Source: Escherichia phage UPEC01. Taken from it: a DNA stretch of 64,000 nucleotides. The stretch lies in the sequence record MW233709; one strand, given 5' to 3'. The translations under genes and the position numbers were made by a program. The notes beneath the pieces were generated by a model. That model saw nothing but the letters and a program-made list of their open reading frames with translations, searched no databases and had not been told where the DNA came from. How positions within the stretch are numbered: position 1 is the first letter of the stretch; every line of letters begins with the position of its first letter. Positions 1 through 10,006 of this stretch are shown here, in pieces.

Positions 1-13
1 CCCTAAACTAGAC

Positions 14-439
14 GTGGGCAAGAAAACTTTCTTTAATGATACAATCTATACCCTTGACCATGACTCCATCCACGAGGCCGTGGCACTTGCTGATAAGCCT
101 GCATATAAGTTCTATATGAAGGATGATTCAGAAGTCATGACCTCACGTGAAAAATTTGAAGCACTCCCTGATGTTATTAAACTGGCAGGGGTTTATGAAG
201 AAGCATGTGTGCTTGCTCTGGAACGTTCACAGGTTCCTAATGAGTTCAATATCTCTCCATCCGTGAGCTTCCATATTGCTCTGGAAAAAGTCTGTACCTC
301 CATTACTTCTGGATGGTTCCGTGAGTATGCCTGGGAACATTACCAGGATGTGGTTAATATGTACAACACCCTGGGACACGAAGACTATGTTAAACGTTTC
401 AAAGCTAACCAACATTTAATTCGTCCTTTCGAAAAATAA
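14..439 (+). CDS. hypothetical protein (start uncertain; may be truncated by window edge)
   Basis: Open frame from window edge, 141 aa with GTG as first in-window start; same strand as gene array. Confidence 0.45.
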   Translation: MGKKTFFNDTIYTLDHDSIHEAVALADKPAYKFYMKDDSEVMTSREKFEALPDVIKLAGVYEEACVLALERSQVPNEFNISPSVSFHIALEKVCTSITSGWFREYAWEHYQDVVNMYNTLGHEDYVKRFKANQHLIRPFEK

Positions 440-441
440 GT

Positions 442-476
442 GTGTACAACCAAATGGGGCTATGACATAATGGTCC
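442..476 (+). promoter_or_regulatory. early promoter cassette (GTGTACAA -35-like, CATAATG -10-like)
   Basis: GTGTACAA 442-449, 16-nt spacer, CATAAT 466-471; member of repeated cassette family upstream of CDS 499. Confidence 0.5.
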
Positions 477-498
477 CACAATCAATGAGGAAAATATT

Positions 499-1185
499 AT
501 GAACGGTCCTAAAACTTTTAATAGTCAAGCTCGTGCAGTAGGTGGTTTTGCCGGCGGTATTTCTAATGATAAAATCAAGAACGAGCCTATGTTCTTCAAC
601 TGTAGTTTAGAATTTGCTTATAATAACGGCGGTCCTATTACTCGCAGCTTCATCATGAACTTGCCAGATGATTGGAACACCGACCAGGTTGTATTTGATT
701 CTCGGGTTCATATGCTGATGCCTGGTTGGTATCCTGCTATCCCAGGTTATCACCATGACGATGTACCACGCCCGGATATTCCGGTTGGTCAACACTTTAT
801 TACTGCAGGGCAACCTGATTATGATAATCCTCGTTACCATTCTGAACATATTCTTGGTCTTGTTAACGCTGATGTGTGTCCTACTTATTTTGCAACCGGA
901 ACTGCACAATTTAGTCAGATTCCTGAAGGCGAACTTATCTATCGCCAGTGGCATAAAGAAGTTCTGGAAAAAATTGAGTCCAATGAATTAACCAAGTGGG
1001 ATGCTCCTGACCGCACGTTGCTCCAGTTTGATTGGCAGACATGGCATACAGGTTCTCGCGCAGTAAGTAACGGTTGGCGCTGGTTTGGTCGCGTGTCTCG
1101 TAATACCGACCGTGTTAAAAAGATTACAAATGAAATCCGCGTTAATGCTCAAGTATATCTGGAATTCCCTATGGAGGGATGGTAA
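499..1185 (+). CDS. hypothetical protein (228 aa)
   Basis: Intact ORF with ATG after promoter cassette; no confident motif. Confidence 0.65.
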   Translation: MNGPKTFNSQARAVGGFAGGISNDKIKNEPMFFNCSLEFAYNNGGPITRSFIMNLPDDWNTDQVVFDSRVHMLMPGWYPAIPGYHHDDVPRPDIPVGQHFITAGQPDYDNPRYHSEHILGLVNADVCPTYFATGTAQFSQIPEGELIYRQWHKEVLEKIESNELTKWDAPDRTLLQFDWQTWHTGSRAVSNGWRWFGRVSRNTDRVKKITNEIRVNAQVYLEFPMEGW

Positions 1186-1760
1186 TGATGTATGAACCCG
1201 GTTGCATGGGTGATATGAAAGGTCCACAAGGATGTGCAGGTATTCCAGTTCCAAGAGATGAATTTATGATTACCAAAAGATATTGGGCAGACCTTGATGA
1301 TGGCGATGAAGGAATCAAGGTGGAAAACGTTGATTGGTCGCGATGCAATCGCCATATGAAAGAGCTTTTAATTGAGGAATATAAAATGAAGCACATCGTT
1401 AAAGGTTGGCAACCAGAACCACATAAAGAACAAACACCTGACCCATTGATTTGTTATAGTGAAAAATATGGTTTTCGTACATGGAGCGATGAATATGACA
1501 AGTTAGTGTGCTCCAGATTCTATGCCTGGATGGGAATACTATTTTTTCCAATCCTGTGGTTTTTCCTGACAACGAAAAATGACTTGCCAGTTTGCATATT
1601 CGGGGCAGCAGTGACTGCGGCCATTGCAGGTATTATCGCCTCATTTTTATGGACTGCGATTATTGAAGTACCTTTTCGTATTTCTAAAGTTAAAAAGGTA
1701 TATGACAATATCACAAAGAAAAATACATTGAACTCTTTTATTGAGGAATGTCGCAAATGA
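1185..1760 (+). CDS. hypothetical membrane protein
   Basis: GGAGGG SD 6 nt upstream of ATG 1185; C-terminal hydrophobic helices (ILFFPILWFFL, AAVTAAIAGIIASFLW). Confidence 0.55.
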   Translation: MMYEPGCMGDMKGPQGCAGIPVPRDEFMITKRYWADLDDGDEGIKVENVDWSRCNRHMKELLIEEYKMKHIVKGWQPEPHKEQTPDPLICYSEKYGFRTWSDEYDKLVCSRFYAWMGILFFPILWFFLTTKNDLPVCIFGAAVTAAIAGIIASFLWTAIIEVPFRISKVKKVYDNITKKNTLNSFIEECRK

Positions 1761-1993
1761 GTATTGCAATTTATATTAAATCCGAGTCATGTGATTCTTA
1801 CCTGTATTCCTATGATAAAGGTACGCCCGAAGTTGAAATCAAAGATGATTTAGAAATTGACCTGGACTTGTTCCGCCCAATTTCTGAATACAGAGTTCAA
1901 ACTTCTAGTAGTGAATCACCTTCAACAGAAACACGCATTGAAATTATTATGGCTGAAATCTTTAAAAAATCTTGGGAACGTGATGATGAGTAA
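1757..1993 (+). CDS. hypothetical small acidic protein
   Basis: ORF overlapping stop of upstream gene (ATGA coupling). Confidence 0.45.
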   Translation: MSIAIYIKSESCDSYLYSYDKGTPEVEIKDDLEIDLDLFRPISEYRVQTSSSESPSTETRIEIIMAEIFKKSWERDDE

Positions 1994-2444
1994 GAAAAAC
2001 GTGGTGAAAGAATTATCTGCTGGCATTATTTTCATGACTGAAGATAAAGAGTTATTCATGGGGCGCGTGACTGGTTCTCGCAAACCGGGTATGCCTGCGC
2101 ATAAATGGGATATCCCTAAGGGTCATGTTGAAGCCGGTGAATCCCCGATTGAAGCAGCTATGCGTGAATGTGAAGAAGAAACAGGCTTTACCCAGTATGA
2201 CCCGGCATTCTTAAAAGACCTAGGCGAGTTCCGTTATTCAGATAACAAAAACCTTCACCTGTTTTTGTACACGGCCCCGGTCGAGCATGAGCAGTTCAGA
2301 CATAGTAAATGCTCTGCCTATCATACCTTCCCGGATGGTAGTTCGGTCCCCGAGTTTGATGCATTTGCTCTGATTAAACCGAGCCAATGGCAATACGTAA
2401 TGGGTAAATCGATGTACAAGGTTTTGACTCAAATTTTCGGATAA
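1983..2444 (+). CDS. nudE: Nudix hydrolase (T4 NudE / e.1-like)
   Basis: Nudix box GHVEAGESPIEAAMRECEEETGF; position immediately upstream of lysozyme gene. Confidence 0.8.
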   Translation: MMSKKNVVKELSAGIIFMTEDKELFMGRVTGSRKPGMPAHKWDIPKGHVEAGESPIEAAMRECEEETGFTQYDPAFLKDLGEFRYSDNKNLHLFLYTAPVEHEQFRHSKCSAYHTFPDGSSVPEFDAFALIKPSQWQYVMGKSMYKVLTQIFG

Positions 2445-2470
2445 TAAATACCCCTATATAAGGGGGTATT
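2443..2470 (+). promoter_or_regulatory. late-promoter-like AATAAATA plus hairpin CCCC-tatataa-GGGGG covering the e ribosome-binding site
   Basis: AATAAATA 2443-2450; stem 2451-2454/2462-2466 includes Shine-Dalgarno; ATG at 2471. Confidence 0.5.
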
Positions 2471-2962
2471 ATGAATATATTCGAAATGTTACGCATAGAT
2501 GAAGGTTGTAAGTTGGATTTGTACCGTGACACCGAAGGCTTTTGGACCATCGGCATCGGTCAATTGATAACTAAGAACCCATCGAAAGACGTTGCTCGCG
2601 CTGAGCTGGACAAATTAATGGGTCGTGTTTGCAACGGTAGGATTACCCAGATTGAAGCTGAAACCTTGTTTAACCGTTCAGTGGAAAAAGCTAAAGCCGG
2701 AATCTTGAAACATCCTGTCTTAAAACCTGTTTATGATGTACTGGATGAAGTTCGTCGTTGCGCACTCATTAATATGGTATTCCAAATGGGTGTAGCTGGT
2801 GTAGCTGGTTTTCCTAAGGGGCTGCGATTGCTCAAGGCTAAATCATGGGAAGCTGCTGCTAAGGAACTGGCTGACTCAAGATGGTATAAAGTCCAGACTC
2901 CGAACCGGGCCAAACGAGTTATTGAAACTTTCCGTACTGGAACTTTTGACGCATACAAATGA
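2471..2962 (+). CDS. e: T4-type lysozyme (endolysin)
   Basis: Near-collinear match to recalled T4 lysozyme ([12 protein letters not shown]..., DAYK C-terminus). Confidence 0.95.
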   Translation: MNIFEMLRIDEGCKLDLYRDTEGFWTIGIGQLITKNPSKDVARAELDKLMGRVCNGRITQIEAETLFNRSVEKAKAGILKHPVLKPVYDVLDEVRRCALINMVFQMGVAGVAGFPKGLRLLKAKSWEAAAKELADSRWYKVQTPNRAKRVIETFRTGTFDAYK

Positions 2963-3018
2963 GTTTACATCTCCAAACGATAGGGTTATAATGACCCTAT
3001 CAACTACGGAGAACAAAC
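2963..3018 (+). promoter_or_regulatory. early promoter cassette upstream of denV
   Basis: GTTTACA 2963-2969, TATAAT 2987-2992, leader CCCTATCAACTACGGAG. Confidence 0.5.
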
Positions 3019-3435
3019 ATGACTCGCATTAATTTAACCCTGGTATCTGAACTTGCTGACCAACACCTTATGGCTGAATACCGTGAGCTTCCTCGCGTGT
3101 TTGGTGCTGTTCGTAAGCATGTGCAAAATGGTAAAAAGGTGTCTGACTTTAAAATCCCATCATCTTTTCTTTTAGGAACTGGTCATGTCACCTTCTTTTA
3201 TGATAAGCTTTTGTTCCTTAAAAACCGTCATCAAGAACTTATTGCTGAATGTTTAAAGCGAGGGTTTAATATAAAAGATATTTCTACCCAAGATTTAAAT
3301 GATATTCCTGATGAATGGAAGAATGATTATCAACCATCAATCTGGTCAATTGAAATCAGTCAATCCAGACTGAATGAGAAAATTTCTCAAAAGCCTACCT
3401 GGTACAAATACTATGGGAAAGCTGTGTACGCTTAA
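3019..3435 (+). CDS. denV: endonuclease V (pyrimidine-dimer DNA glycosylase)
   Basis: Strong match to recalled T4 DenV ([34 protein letters not shown]...). Confidence 0.95.
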   Translation: MTRINLTLVSELADQHLMAEYRELPRVFGAVRKHVQNGKKVSDFKIPSSFLLGTGHVTFFYDKLLFLKNRHQELIAECLKRGFNIKDISTQDLNDIPDEWKNDYQPSIWSIEISQSRLNEKISQKPTWYKYYGKAVYA

Positions 3436-3483
3436 CTAAAAAGGTTGTATAATGATTTTATCAACCAAACAATGGAATATAAA

Positions 3484-3798
3484 ATGAAAACTTATCAAGA
3501 ATTTATTACTGAATCTACTCAACAACGTGTTGAAGGTGGTTATGTCTGGATTGAACAGTTAACCCCACCAAGTGAAACAAGCACTGGTTCGTGGAAAATT
3601 ACTGTTGATGGTCCTGGTGGAAAACGCAAGACTATTAAAGAAATTAAAGGTTATTATGACGAAGCTAAATCATGGGCTGGTAGTCATGTAATGCAGATTA
3701 AAATTGCAAACCCAGATAACGTTCATGCGGCAAAAGCGTTCCGTCGCATTGGTAATAAACTTTATGATGCGTTTTTGCGCGATTTCCCTAAAGCTTAA
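3484..3798 (+). CDS. internal head protein (IPII/IPIII-like) with capsid-targeting leader
   Basis: N-terminus MKTYQEFITE matches T4 internal-protein targeting sequence; ORF-track upstream extension rejected. Confidence 0.8.
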   Translation: MKTYQEFITESTQQRVEGGYVWIEQLTPPSETSTGSWKITVDGPGGKRKTIKEIKGYYDEAKSWAGSHVMQIKIANPDNVHAAKAFRRIGNKLYDAFLRDFPKA

Positions 3799-3811
3799 CT
3801 AAAGAGCCATT

Positions 3812-4075
3812 ATGAAAACTTATCAAGAATTTATTACTGAATCCGCTAAAGCTCCTGCTGGTTCCTTTAAAGTCCGCGCCTTCGCTGGTGATGCTGAAGA
3901 CTTTGGTACCATGAAGCGCAATGGTTATTCTTTCTTTGGCGGCGATGGCAAAGAAATTGTTACCTATGCAAAACGCCGCGAAATCGCATTTGTGGTTGCT
4001 GGTAAGAAAGTTGATGTTGACGATATTGAATGGGACTTTGAGACCTTTGGTATTGTTTCTGGCGGTAAAGCGTAA
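3812..4075 (+). CDS. internal head protein (IPII/IPIII-like) with capsid-targeting leader
   Basis: N-terminus MKTYQEFITE; tandem to previous internal-protein gene. Confidence 0.8.
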   Translation: MKTYQEFITESAKAPAGSFKVRAFAGDAEDFGTMKRNGYSFFGGDGKEIVTYAKRREIAFVVAGKKVDVDDIEWDFETFGIVSGGKA

Positions 4076-4217
4076 TAATTAAATGGGAATAACCTGGACC
4101 TCAATCCTGAGGGACTCCCGCCAACCTGTAATAAGGTCGAGCCCGCAGCGGTAATGGGTAATACAGGAAGGGATGAATTAATGTGCCAAGGAACGGCCCC
4201 ACAACTAAGAGACAACT

Positions 4218-4745
4218 ATGAAATTTTTAACTCCAATTTATCTAACCTTAATGCACGCCTTCGCTGAACGCGCCATTGAACGCTTAGATTCAGACCAATA
4301 CACCTGGTATGAACCTACTTCAAGAATGCAAGAGTTTGGTACTCTTAGACTTGATGGTGGAAGACAAACAGGTAAAACAAGTGCCATTGCACAGTTCGCC
4401 GCAGATTGGGTTTCTAAGGGTAATGATGTGATTGTTATGTCGAGTTCTTCGCATCGCTCACGAGAAATCTGTGATATAATAAAGCGGGTTTCTAAAGCAC
4501 AACCACATCTTAATGTTGAACGACCTGGTTTTGTTGTATATGATACCGTTCGTTCATTTTTAGACGAAGATAATTTCCATAAGTATCGTGGGTTATCTGT
4601 TACTCGATTATTGATTATTATCGAAGAGCCTATTCGCCTTCCAGCGATGGATAAGTTCTATGAAGCTTACCAGGTAATGCTGAATAAATTTATGTGTCAA
4701 GGTTCTAAACCTCTGCCGTTATTCTTTGTGATAGGAATGCAATAA
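4218..4745 (+). CDS. hypothetical small P-loop NTPase-like protein
   Basis: Walker A-like GGRQTGKTS and Walker B-like LLIIIEE. Confidence 0.55.
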   Translation: MKFLTPIYLTLMHAFAERAIERLDSDQYTWYEPTSRMQEFGTLRLDGGRQTGKTSAIAQFAADWVSKGNDVIVMSSSSHRSREICDIIKRVSKAQPHLNVERPGFVVYDTVRSFLDEDNFHKYRGLSVTRLLIIIEEPIRLPAMDKFYEAYQVMLNKFMCQGSKPLPLFFVIGMQ

Positions 4746-5041
4746 TGACTCATGAAGAGCTTTTTGACCAAATCTATTTTATTCCAAAGGTTAGGTCTGA
4801 AGATTTCGTAAAGAATTTTGAAATCTTTAATAAAGCAAATTTCTTTGAGTACGTGTTTTTGTCTGGACCTTTTATTGGGTCCAGATTTCGTTGCACTGCT
4901 CCGAGTATTCGCTTGATGAAGTTGGTTCCTTACTTTACTCTGGAATTTATTTCTGGACCATGTAGGGGTATTATAACTCGTAGCCTCCTGACGTATGACC
5001 AGGATGTGCGATTAATTAGTGACTGGAAAAAATATGTCTAA
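4745..5041 (+). CDS. hypothetical protein
   Basis: Intact ORF abutting upstream stop. Confidence 0.5.
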   Translation: MTHEELFDQIYFIPKVRSEDFVKNFEIFNKANFFEYVFLSGPFIGSRFRCTAPSIRLMKLVPYFTLEFISGPCRGIITRSLLTYDQDVRLISDWKKYV

Positions 5042-5248
5042 ACTGACGATTGAAGGCTCTGATGCAGCCTTGAAAAGATTCGTTGAATGGTTTAATGGCC
5101 CTGGTGAACAAGACTTTCTGGAAGTCTGGGACGGTGGTCAATGGAACGGTAAAGAACTGGTTTATCCTAGCACTTATATCTCCGTACAAGGTTGGACGGA
5201 TGGGCTTCGTTTGGTAGAATATGATATCGCAACCGGCGAGGAAGTGAA

Positions 5249-5252
<4 letters not shown>
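5019..5252 (+). CDS. hypothetical protein (start uncertain, 5019 or 5034)
   Basis: Intact ORF in array. Confidence 0.45.
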
Positions 5253-5831
<579 letters not shown>

Positions 5832-5832
<1 letters not shown>

Positions 5833-5888
5833 TGTACAAGCAGGTTGAAATGAGTTATGATTATCCCATCAAACAAAAGGAGATAATC
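5832..5888 (+). promoter_or_regulatory. early promoter cassette
   Basis: GTGTACAA 5832-5839, TATGAT -10-like, leader ATCCCATCAAACAAAAGGAG. Confidence 0.5.
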
Positions 5889-6347
5889 ATGACTACTATC
5901 GATTCAAGTGTTTACATTCGCCGCAATAAACTTCGTCGTATTTTTGAAACGGAGTTCCTCAAAATTAATAATGCTATCAACAAGGCTTGTAAAGAAGCAG
6001 GTCTTGAAGCATTCTTCATTAAGTACAGTCCACACCTGTTGGACCGTGCAATCCAACGTGAAATTGACGAACAATATGTTTTTGACTTGTTTGGAAAAAT
6101 CACACCACATGTAAAAGAAATCGTTGAATTCCTGGAGATGAAACCACTCCCGGAAGTTGAAGCACAAATTGACCCGAGTGTGAACTACCGTCCACTTCGT
6201 CTGGAAATCACAGACAAGAACCTATGGTTAGGAATGACAGTTAACCCAGCTCTTCCTGGGAAGTCTCCAACCATGTGTTGTCGTATGGCGTTTGTTAACT
6301 CTAATCGTCTTGAAGGAAAAATTAGCACAAAAGTGATTTATATCTAA
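5889..6347 (+). CDS. hypothetical protein
   Basis: ATG after AAGGAG SD at end of promoter leader. Confidence 0.55.
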   Translation: MTTIDSSVYIRRNKLRRIFETEFLKINNAINKACKEAGLEAFFIKYSPHLLDRAIQREIDEQYVFDLFGKITPHVKEIVEFLEMKPLPEVEAQIDPSVNYRPLRLEITDKNLWLGMTVNPALPGKSPTMCCRMAFVNSNRLEGKISTKVIYI

Positions 6348-6357
6348 TGGGGAATTC

Positions 6358-6900
6358 ATGAAAAAAGTAATCGCCACCTTACTATTGACAGTTAGTATGT
6401 CTGCCCATAGCGTAGAGCCTACTTTCAGTAATGAACAGATGGAAAATCTTCAATATGCTTATGCGTTTGGAGAACAGTTCCAGAAAAATGGTAAGTACAA
6501 AGAAAATCCGCACCAACATAATGGTTTGGGATATATCATGGCTGGTTTAACCTGGCAGGAATCATCTGCTGGTGTTAATACAGGATTAAATAAAGATAAG
6601 CATCATGCATATGGTATATTCCAAAATTATCTTCCAACCGTGCGCGCGCGCGTAAAACAGGTTGGGTGGACAATGACAGATAAAGAAATAATCAAGATGA
6701 TAAGCAAGAGAGAGAACAGTGCACGCTGGGCTTATATTGAGTTTTCATACTGGTTAAACATTCACAAGGGGGACATAAGAAAAACACTATCATCATATAA
6801 CGCAGGGTGGAATGTGAAAGCTGGAAATACGTATGCTTCGCAAGTCCTAGAAAAAGCTAACTACTTAAAATCACGAGGCCTATTAAAAACGGTGGATTAA
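6358..6900 (+). CDS. secreted lytic-transglycosylase-like protein (candidate)
   Basis: N-terminal signal peptide MKKVIATLLLTVSMSAHS; SLT-like motifs TWQESSAG, GIFQ, SYNAGWN. Confidence 0.55.
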   Translation: MKKVIATLLLTVSMSAHSVEPTFSNEQMENLQYAYAFGEQFQKNGKYKENPHQHNGLGYIMAGLTWQESSAGVNTGLNKDKHHAYGIFQNYLPTVRARVKQVGWTMTDKEIIKMISKRENSARWAYIEFSYWLNIHKGDIRKTLSSYNAGWNVKAGNTYASQVLEKANYLKSRGLLKTVD

Positions 6901-7260
6901 ATGGTAAGAGTCATAACTTTAGCCATAGGGTTAGTATTCAGCACGGGAGGAATAGCTTCAGTACAGAGCGATGACAATAATAGCATCATAGAATATGCAA
7001 CGAGGACGGCCAAAGATTATTGCGCATCAAGCAATGTGGATTGTGTAATCCGGTTCAGTGCCAAGCTCACCGCGGCATATAAAGACGGTCAAAATGATGT
7101 TGAACACACTCTTATGAAAAAGAGCACTTTATCCAACAAATATGAAAAGAAACTATTTGAAATGGATTGTATTCTGTCGAGTGCCAAATATAAAGCGGCC
7201 TGCACCAGTATGGTTGACAGGTTAGTCGATTCCTATAACAGAGGATTGAACTCTAAATGA
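6901..7260 (+). CDS. secreted Cys-containing hypothetical protein
   Basis: Signal-peptide-like N-terminus MVRVITLAIGLVFSTGGIASV; four Cys. Confidence 0.5.
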   Translation: MVRVITLAIGLVFSTGGIASVQSDDNNSIIEYATRTAKDYCASSNVDCVIRFSAKLTAAYKDGQNDVEHTLMKKSTLSNKYEKKLFEMDCILSSAKYKAACTSMVDRLVDSYNRGLNSK

Positions 7261-7721
7261 TTGTTAACTATATTAAGGGCGATATTGTCGCCCTTTTTCT
7301 CGAAGGAAACATCATAGCTCATGGCTGTAACTGCTTCCATACAATGGGTTCAGGCGTTGCTGGCCAACTGGCAAAGGCTTACCCAAAAATTTTAGAAATG
7401 GATAAGACAACAACTGAATACGGTTCCCGAGAAAAACTCGGTGATATGTCTATTGTTTTTAAACATAAGCCAACTGGATTTGGTATGTGCTATAACCTTT
7501 ATACCCAGTATGAACCGGGTCCAAATCTGGATTATGGCGCTTTAGTAAATTGTATGATAGAATTAAATCTACAAGCAGAAACCCTTTTGTTTAAACCGGT
7601 AATTTATATTCCCAGGATTGGCTGTGGTATTGCAGGTGGTGATTGGGATAAGGTTTCCCGGTTAATTGATATGTTTACTCCTGATATTGATTTGATAGTG
7701 GTGGATTATGAGTCAAACTAG
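7257..7721 (+). CDS. macro-domain-like protein (candidate ADP-ribose binding/hydrolase)
   Basis: Motifs GDIV, AHGCNCFHTMGSGVAGQL and IGCGIAGGDWDKV resemble macro-domain signatures. Confidence 0.45.
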   Translation: MIVNYIKGDIVALFLEGNIIAHGCNCFHTMGSGVAGQLAKAYPKILEMDKTTTEYGSREKLGDMSIVFKHKPTGFGMCYNLYTQYEPGPNLDYGALVNCMIELNLQAETLLFKPVIYIPRIGCGIAGGDWDKVSRLIDMFTPDIDLIVVDYESN

Positions 7722-7914
7722 TATTCTTAAAAATGCTCACTGTGAAAAGTGTAAATGGCCAGTTGTTTTTGCTTTATGCAACGATGAAATGATATGTGAT
7801 TTTGATTATTGGTGCTATTGTTCTAATAAAGGGTGTGTGAATCATGCAGGCGCCGGTTTCTATTCCGGGTTTCAACCGTATCCAGACTTTGTAAAACAAG
7901 GTGAACCGAAATGA
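7708..7914 (+). CDS. hypothetical Cys-rich small protein
   Basis: Ten Cys in 68 aa (CEKCKW, CYCSNKGC). Confidence 0.5.
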   Translation: MSQTSILKNAHCEKCKWPVVFALCNDEMICDFDYWCYCSNKGCVNHAGAGFYSGFQPYPDFVKQGEPK

Positions 7915-8096
7915 GTTTAAGTATTAGTCAGAAAAGTAGATTGTTTGAGCTTATCCATGAGCTTTTGGACGAGCATACGGAAGCGAACGCTTTTTATGAT
8001 GAATACGGCCCGATAGATGCCGAGCATCAGGAAGAATTTGCTAATCGGTTTGATGAGAAAGAAAACGAATTAATTGCTTATGTGAATACTCTTTAA
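7911..8096 (+). CDS. hypothetical small acidic protein
   Basis: ATGA-coupled ORF. Confidence 0.45.
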   Translation: MSLSISQKSRLFELIHELLDEHTEANAFYDEYGPIDAEHQEEFANRFDEKENELIAYVNTL

Positions 8097-8105
8097 GAAG
8101 GTGAT

Positions 8106-8678
8106 ATGGCGAGTTTAATTTATCATTACGCGGCAATGAATGCAGGCAAAACAGCTTCATTGCTGACTGCAGCTTATTCCTATAAAGAGCGTGGAATGAG
8201 TGTGCTTTTGCTAAAACCTGTTATTGATAATCGGGACTCGGAATCTGAAATTAAATCACGTATTGGTATTAGCCAGGAAGCAAACCTGGTAACGGCCGAC
8301 ATGAACCTGTTTGAATTCTATAAATGGGCCGAGTCTCAAAAGGATATCCATTGTGTCCTGGTCGATGAAGCTCAATTTTTGTTACCAGAGCAAATTGACC
8401 AGTTAGCACGAGTGGTTGATAATTATAATATCCCCGTTATGTGTTACGGGCTAAGAACAGATTTTCGGGGTCAGTTATTTCCCGGTTCGGCCAGACTTCT
8501 GGCTATTTCGGATAAACTGGTTGAATTAAAGGGCGTCTGCCATTGCGGCCGGAAAGCAACCATGACCGCTCGAGTAATCGACGGTGCTGCTGTAAAGGTC
8601 GGCGAGCAAGTATTGGTCGGTGGGAATGAATCGTACGTATCTTTATGCAGGAAACATTGGCTCGAATTGACAAGCTGA
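8106..8678 (+). CDS. tk: thymidine kinase
   Basis: P-loop NAGKTASLL, zinc motif CHCGRKAT..C; matches recalled T4 Tk. Confidence 0.92.
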   Translation: MASLIYHYAAMNAGKTASLLTAAYSYKERGMSVLLLKPVIDNRDSESEIKSRIGISQEANLVTADMNLFEFYKWAESQKDIHCVLVDEAQFLLPEQIDQLARVVDNYNIPVMCYGLRTDFRGQLFPGSARLLAISDKLVELKGVCHCGRKATMTARVIDGAAVKVGEQVLVGGNESYVSLCRKHWLELTS

Positions 8679-8685
8679 GGTCCTT

Positions 8686-8961
8686 ATGATATATAAGATT
8701 TGGACGTATATCTCTATTTTTGTTATTGCTGGAATTGCATTTATCCCCACACAAACAGATAGCGAGAGATATGAAAGGGAAATTGAAATAGTAGCAAGCA
8801 CGTACCATTCTGTTAATAAAGAATGCCCGAATAAAAATGGAATAAATTTACAAAAAGCACATTATATGCTGACTGTTACTAGCCCAGTGCAAAGAATATG
8901 GGTTGATAGACATTTTTCTGATTTATTTGCAATATATTGTTTCAAGTTTAAAAGATTATAA
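8686..8961 (+). CDS. hypothetical membrane-anchored protein
   Basis: N-terminal hydrophobic helix ISIFVIAGIAFIP. Confidence 0.5.
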   Translation: MIYKIWTYISIFVIAGIAFIPTQTDSERYEREIEIVASTYHSVNKECPNKNGINLQKAHYMLTVTSPVQRIWVDRHFSDLFAIYCFKFKRL

Positions 8962-8964
8962 ATA
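8957..8964 (+). promoter_or_regulatory. late-promoter-like TATAAATA
   Basis: Exact TATAAATA 8957-8964 upstream of CDS 9036. Confidence 0.35.
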
Positions 8965-9035
8965 CAGTTACTAACTAGTATTCCGCTATGTTAAGGCTGC
9001 AAAGCGTAATCATGACCAACAATAAGGAGTCCTTT

Positions 9036-9332
9036 ATGGACCTTATTCGAGGACTTTCTCTAAGTCTATTACTAATGGGCTGTTTAGGCCCAAATCTGTC
9101 CTCTGCTACAGATGGTAAATTTACCCAGTACGCAGATAGTGCGATGCAAATCTATTCGCAATTCAAAGAACCCAGCGTCGAGCAGTCCGAACAATTTTGG
9201 GCTTTTATTAAAACCGAATGGAACAATAAGAGTCAATGTGTAAATGAAATCACATGTCAAATTGATGGCCGGGCTGCTGCAGTCGAATATGCTAAATTAA
9301 TGAAGGTAAAATTGGAAGATGAAATTCGATGA
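9036..9332 (+). CDS. hypothetical secreted/lipoprotein-like protein
   Basis: AAGGAG SD 6 nt before ATG 9036; signal-like LSLSLLLMGC. Confidence 0.5.
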   Translation: MDLIRGLSLSLLLMGCLGPNLSSATDGKFTQYADSAMQIYSQFKEPSVEQSEQFWAFIKTEWNNKSQCVNEITCQIDGRAAAVEYAKLMKVKLEDEIR

Positions 9333-9702
9333 TTTCGTAACAGGTCGTGGGTCTGAGGTGGATTCATACATTGGGTGGCTATTAGTCTCTTTAGCATATT
9401 TTAAGTCCGCCCATCTTGAAACCAAAAGTTACGCCCGCCATAAAGCTTATGATTTCTACTTCACAGAAATCCAAGGTCCACTCGACCAGTTCAGTGAGCA
9501 ATGGTTAGGTTACAGCGGGAAACAATACAAAGCTGCATTACCGTCCGCCTCGGACTTGCCGAAAGATACAATTTTGTTTTTAGATGAAATGATTAAAAGC
9601 TCTGAAAGAGTCTATAAAGTTGTGCCCAAGGCTATTCAATCGACTCTGGACGATATCGTTGGCGTTTTCTTTCAAACCAAGTACCTGTTAACATTAGAGT
9701 AA
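9319..9702 (+). CDS. hypothetical protein
   Basis: Intact ORF followed by terminator. Confidence 0.5.
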   Translation: MKFDDFVTGRGSEVDSYIGWLLVSLAYFKSAHLETKSYARHKAYDFYFTEIQGPLDQFSEQWLGYSGKQYKAALPSASDLPKDTILFLDEMIKSSERVYKVVPKAIQSTLDDIVGVFFQTKYLLTLE

Positions 9703-9706
9703 TTCA

Positions 9707-9736
9707 AAAGGTCTGCCTTCGGGTGGACCTTTTTTC
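9707..9736 (+). terminator. rho-independent terminator
   Basis: GC stem with TTCG loop then TTTTT. Confidence 0.6.
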
Positions 9737-9744
9737 ATTTAGGG

Positions 9745-9802
9745 GTTTACATCCTCATCAAAAGGGTGTACTATTATCCCATCAACTACTGAGGAGAATA
9801 CA
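9745..9802 (+). promoter_or_regulatory. early promoter cassette with CAACTACTGA leader
   Basis: GTTTACA 9745-9751, GGGTGTACTATTAT, leader ATCCCATCAACTACTGAGGAG. Confidence 0.5.
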
Positions 9803-10006
9803 ATGAGAATTAAAAATATCAAGATTGATGCAGTTAATACTGGTGATGAGGTTGTTATCTATCTTAATGATTATGCAATCTTTATGGACAGTGCCACTGA
9901 TGAAGAAGTGGTTGAACTCTTACAGAAAGCTCCATTTGAACTGTGTGAAGAAGATGCTACTCATCTTTCATCAGCAATTTTCTCATTATCATATGTGGTG
10001 GAATAA
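9803..10006 (+). CDS. hypothetical protein
   Basis: ATG directly after cassette leader. Confidence 0.5.
   Translation: MRIKNIKIDAVNTGDEVVIYLNDYAIFMDSATDEEVVELLQKAPFELCEEDATHLSSAIFSLSYVVE

Noticed and set aside
499-1185. Possible 2OG/Fe oxygenase (HHDD ... H pattern)
   Set aside because: Residue pattern too loose to support a fold assignment without a profile search; left as hypothetical.
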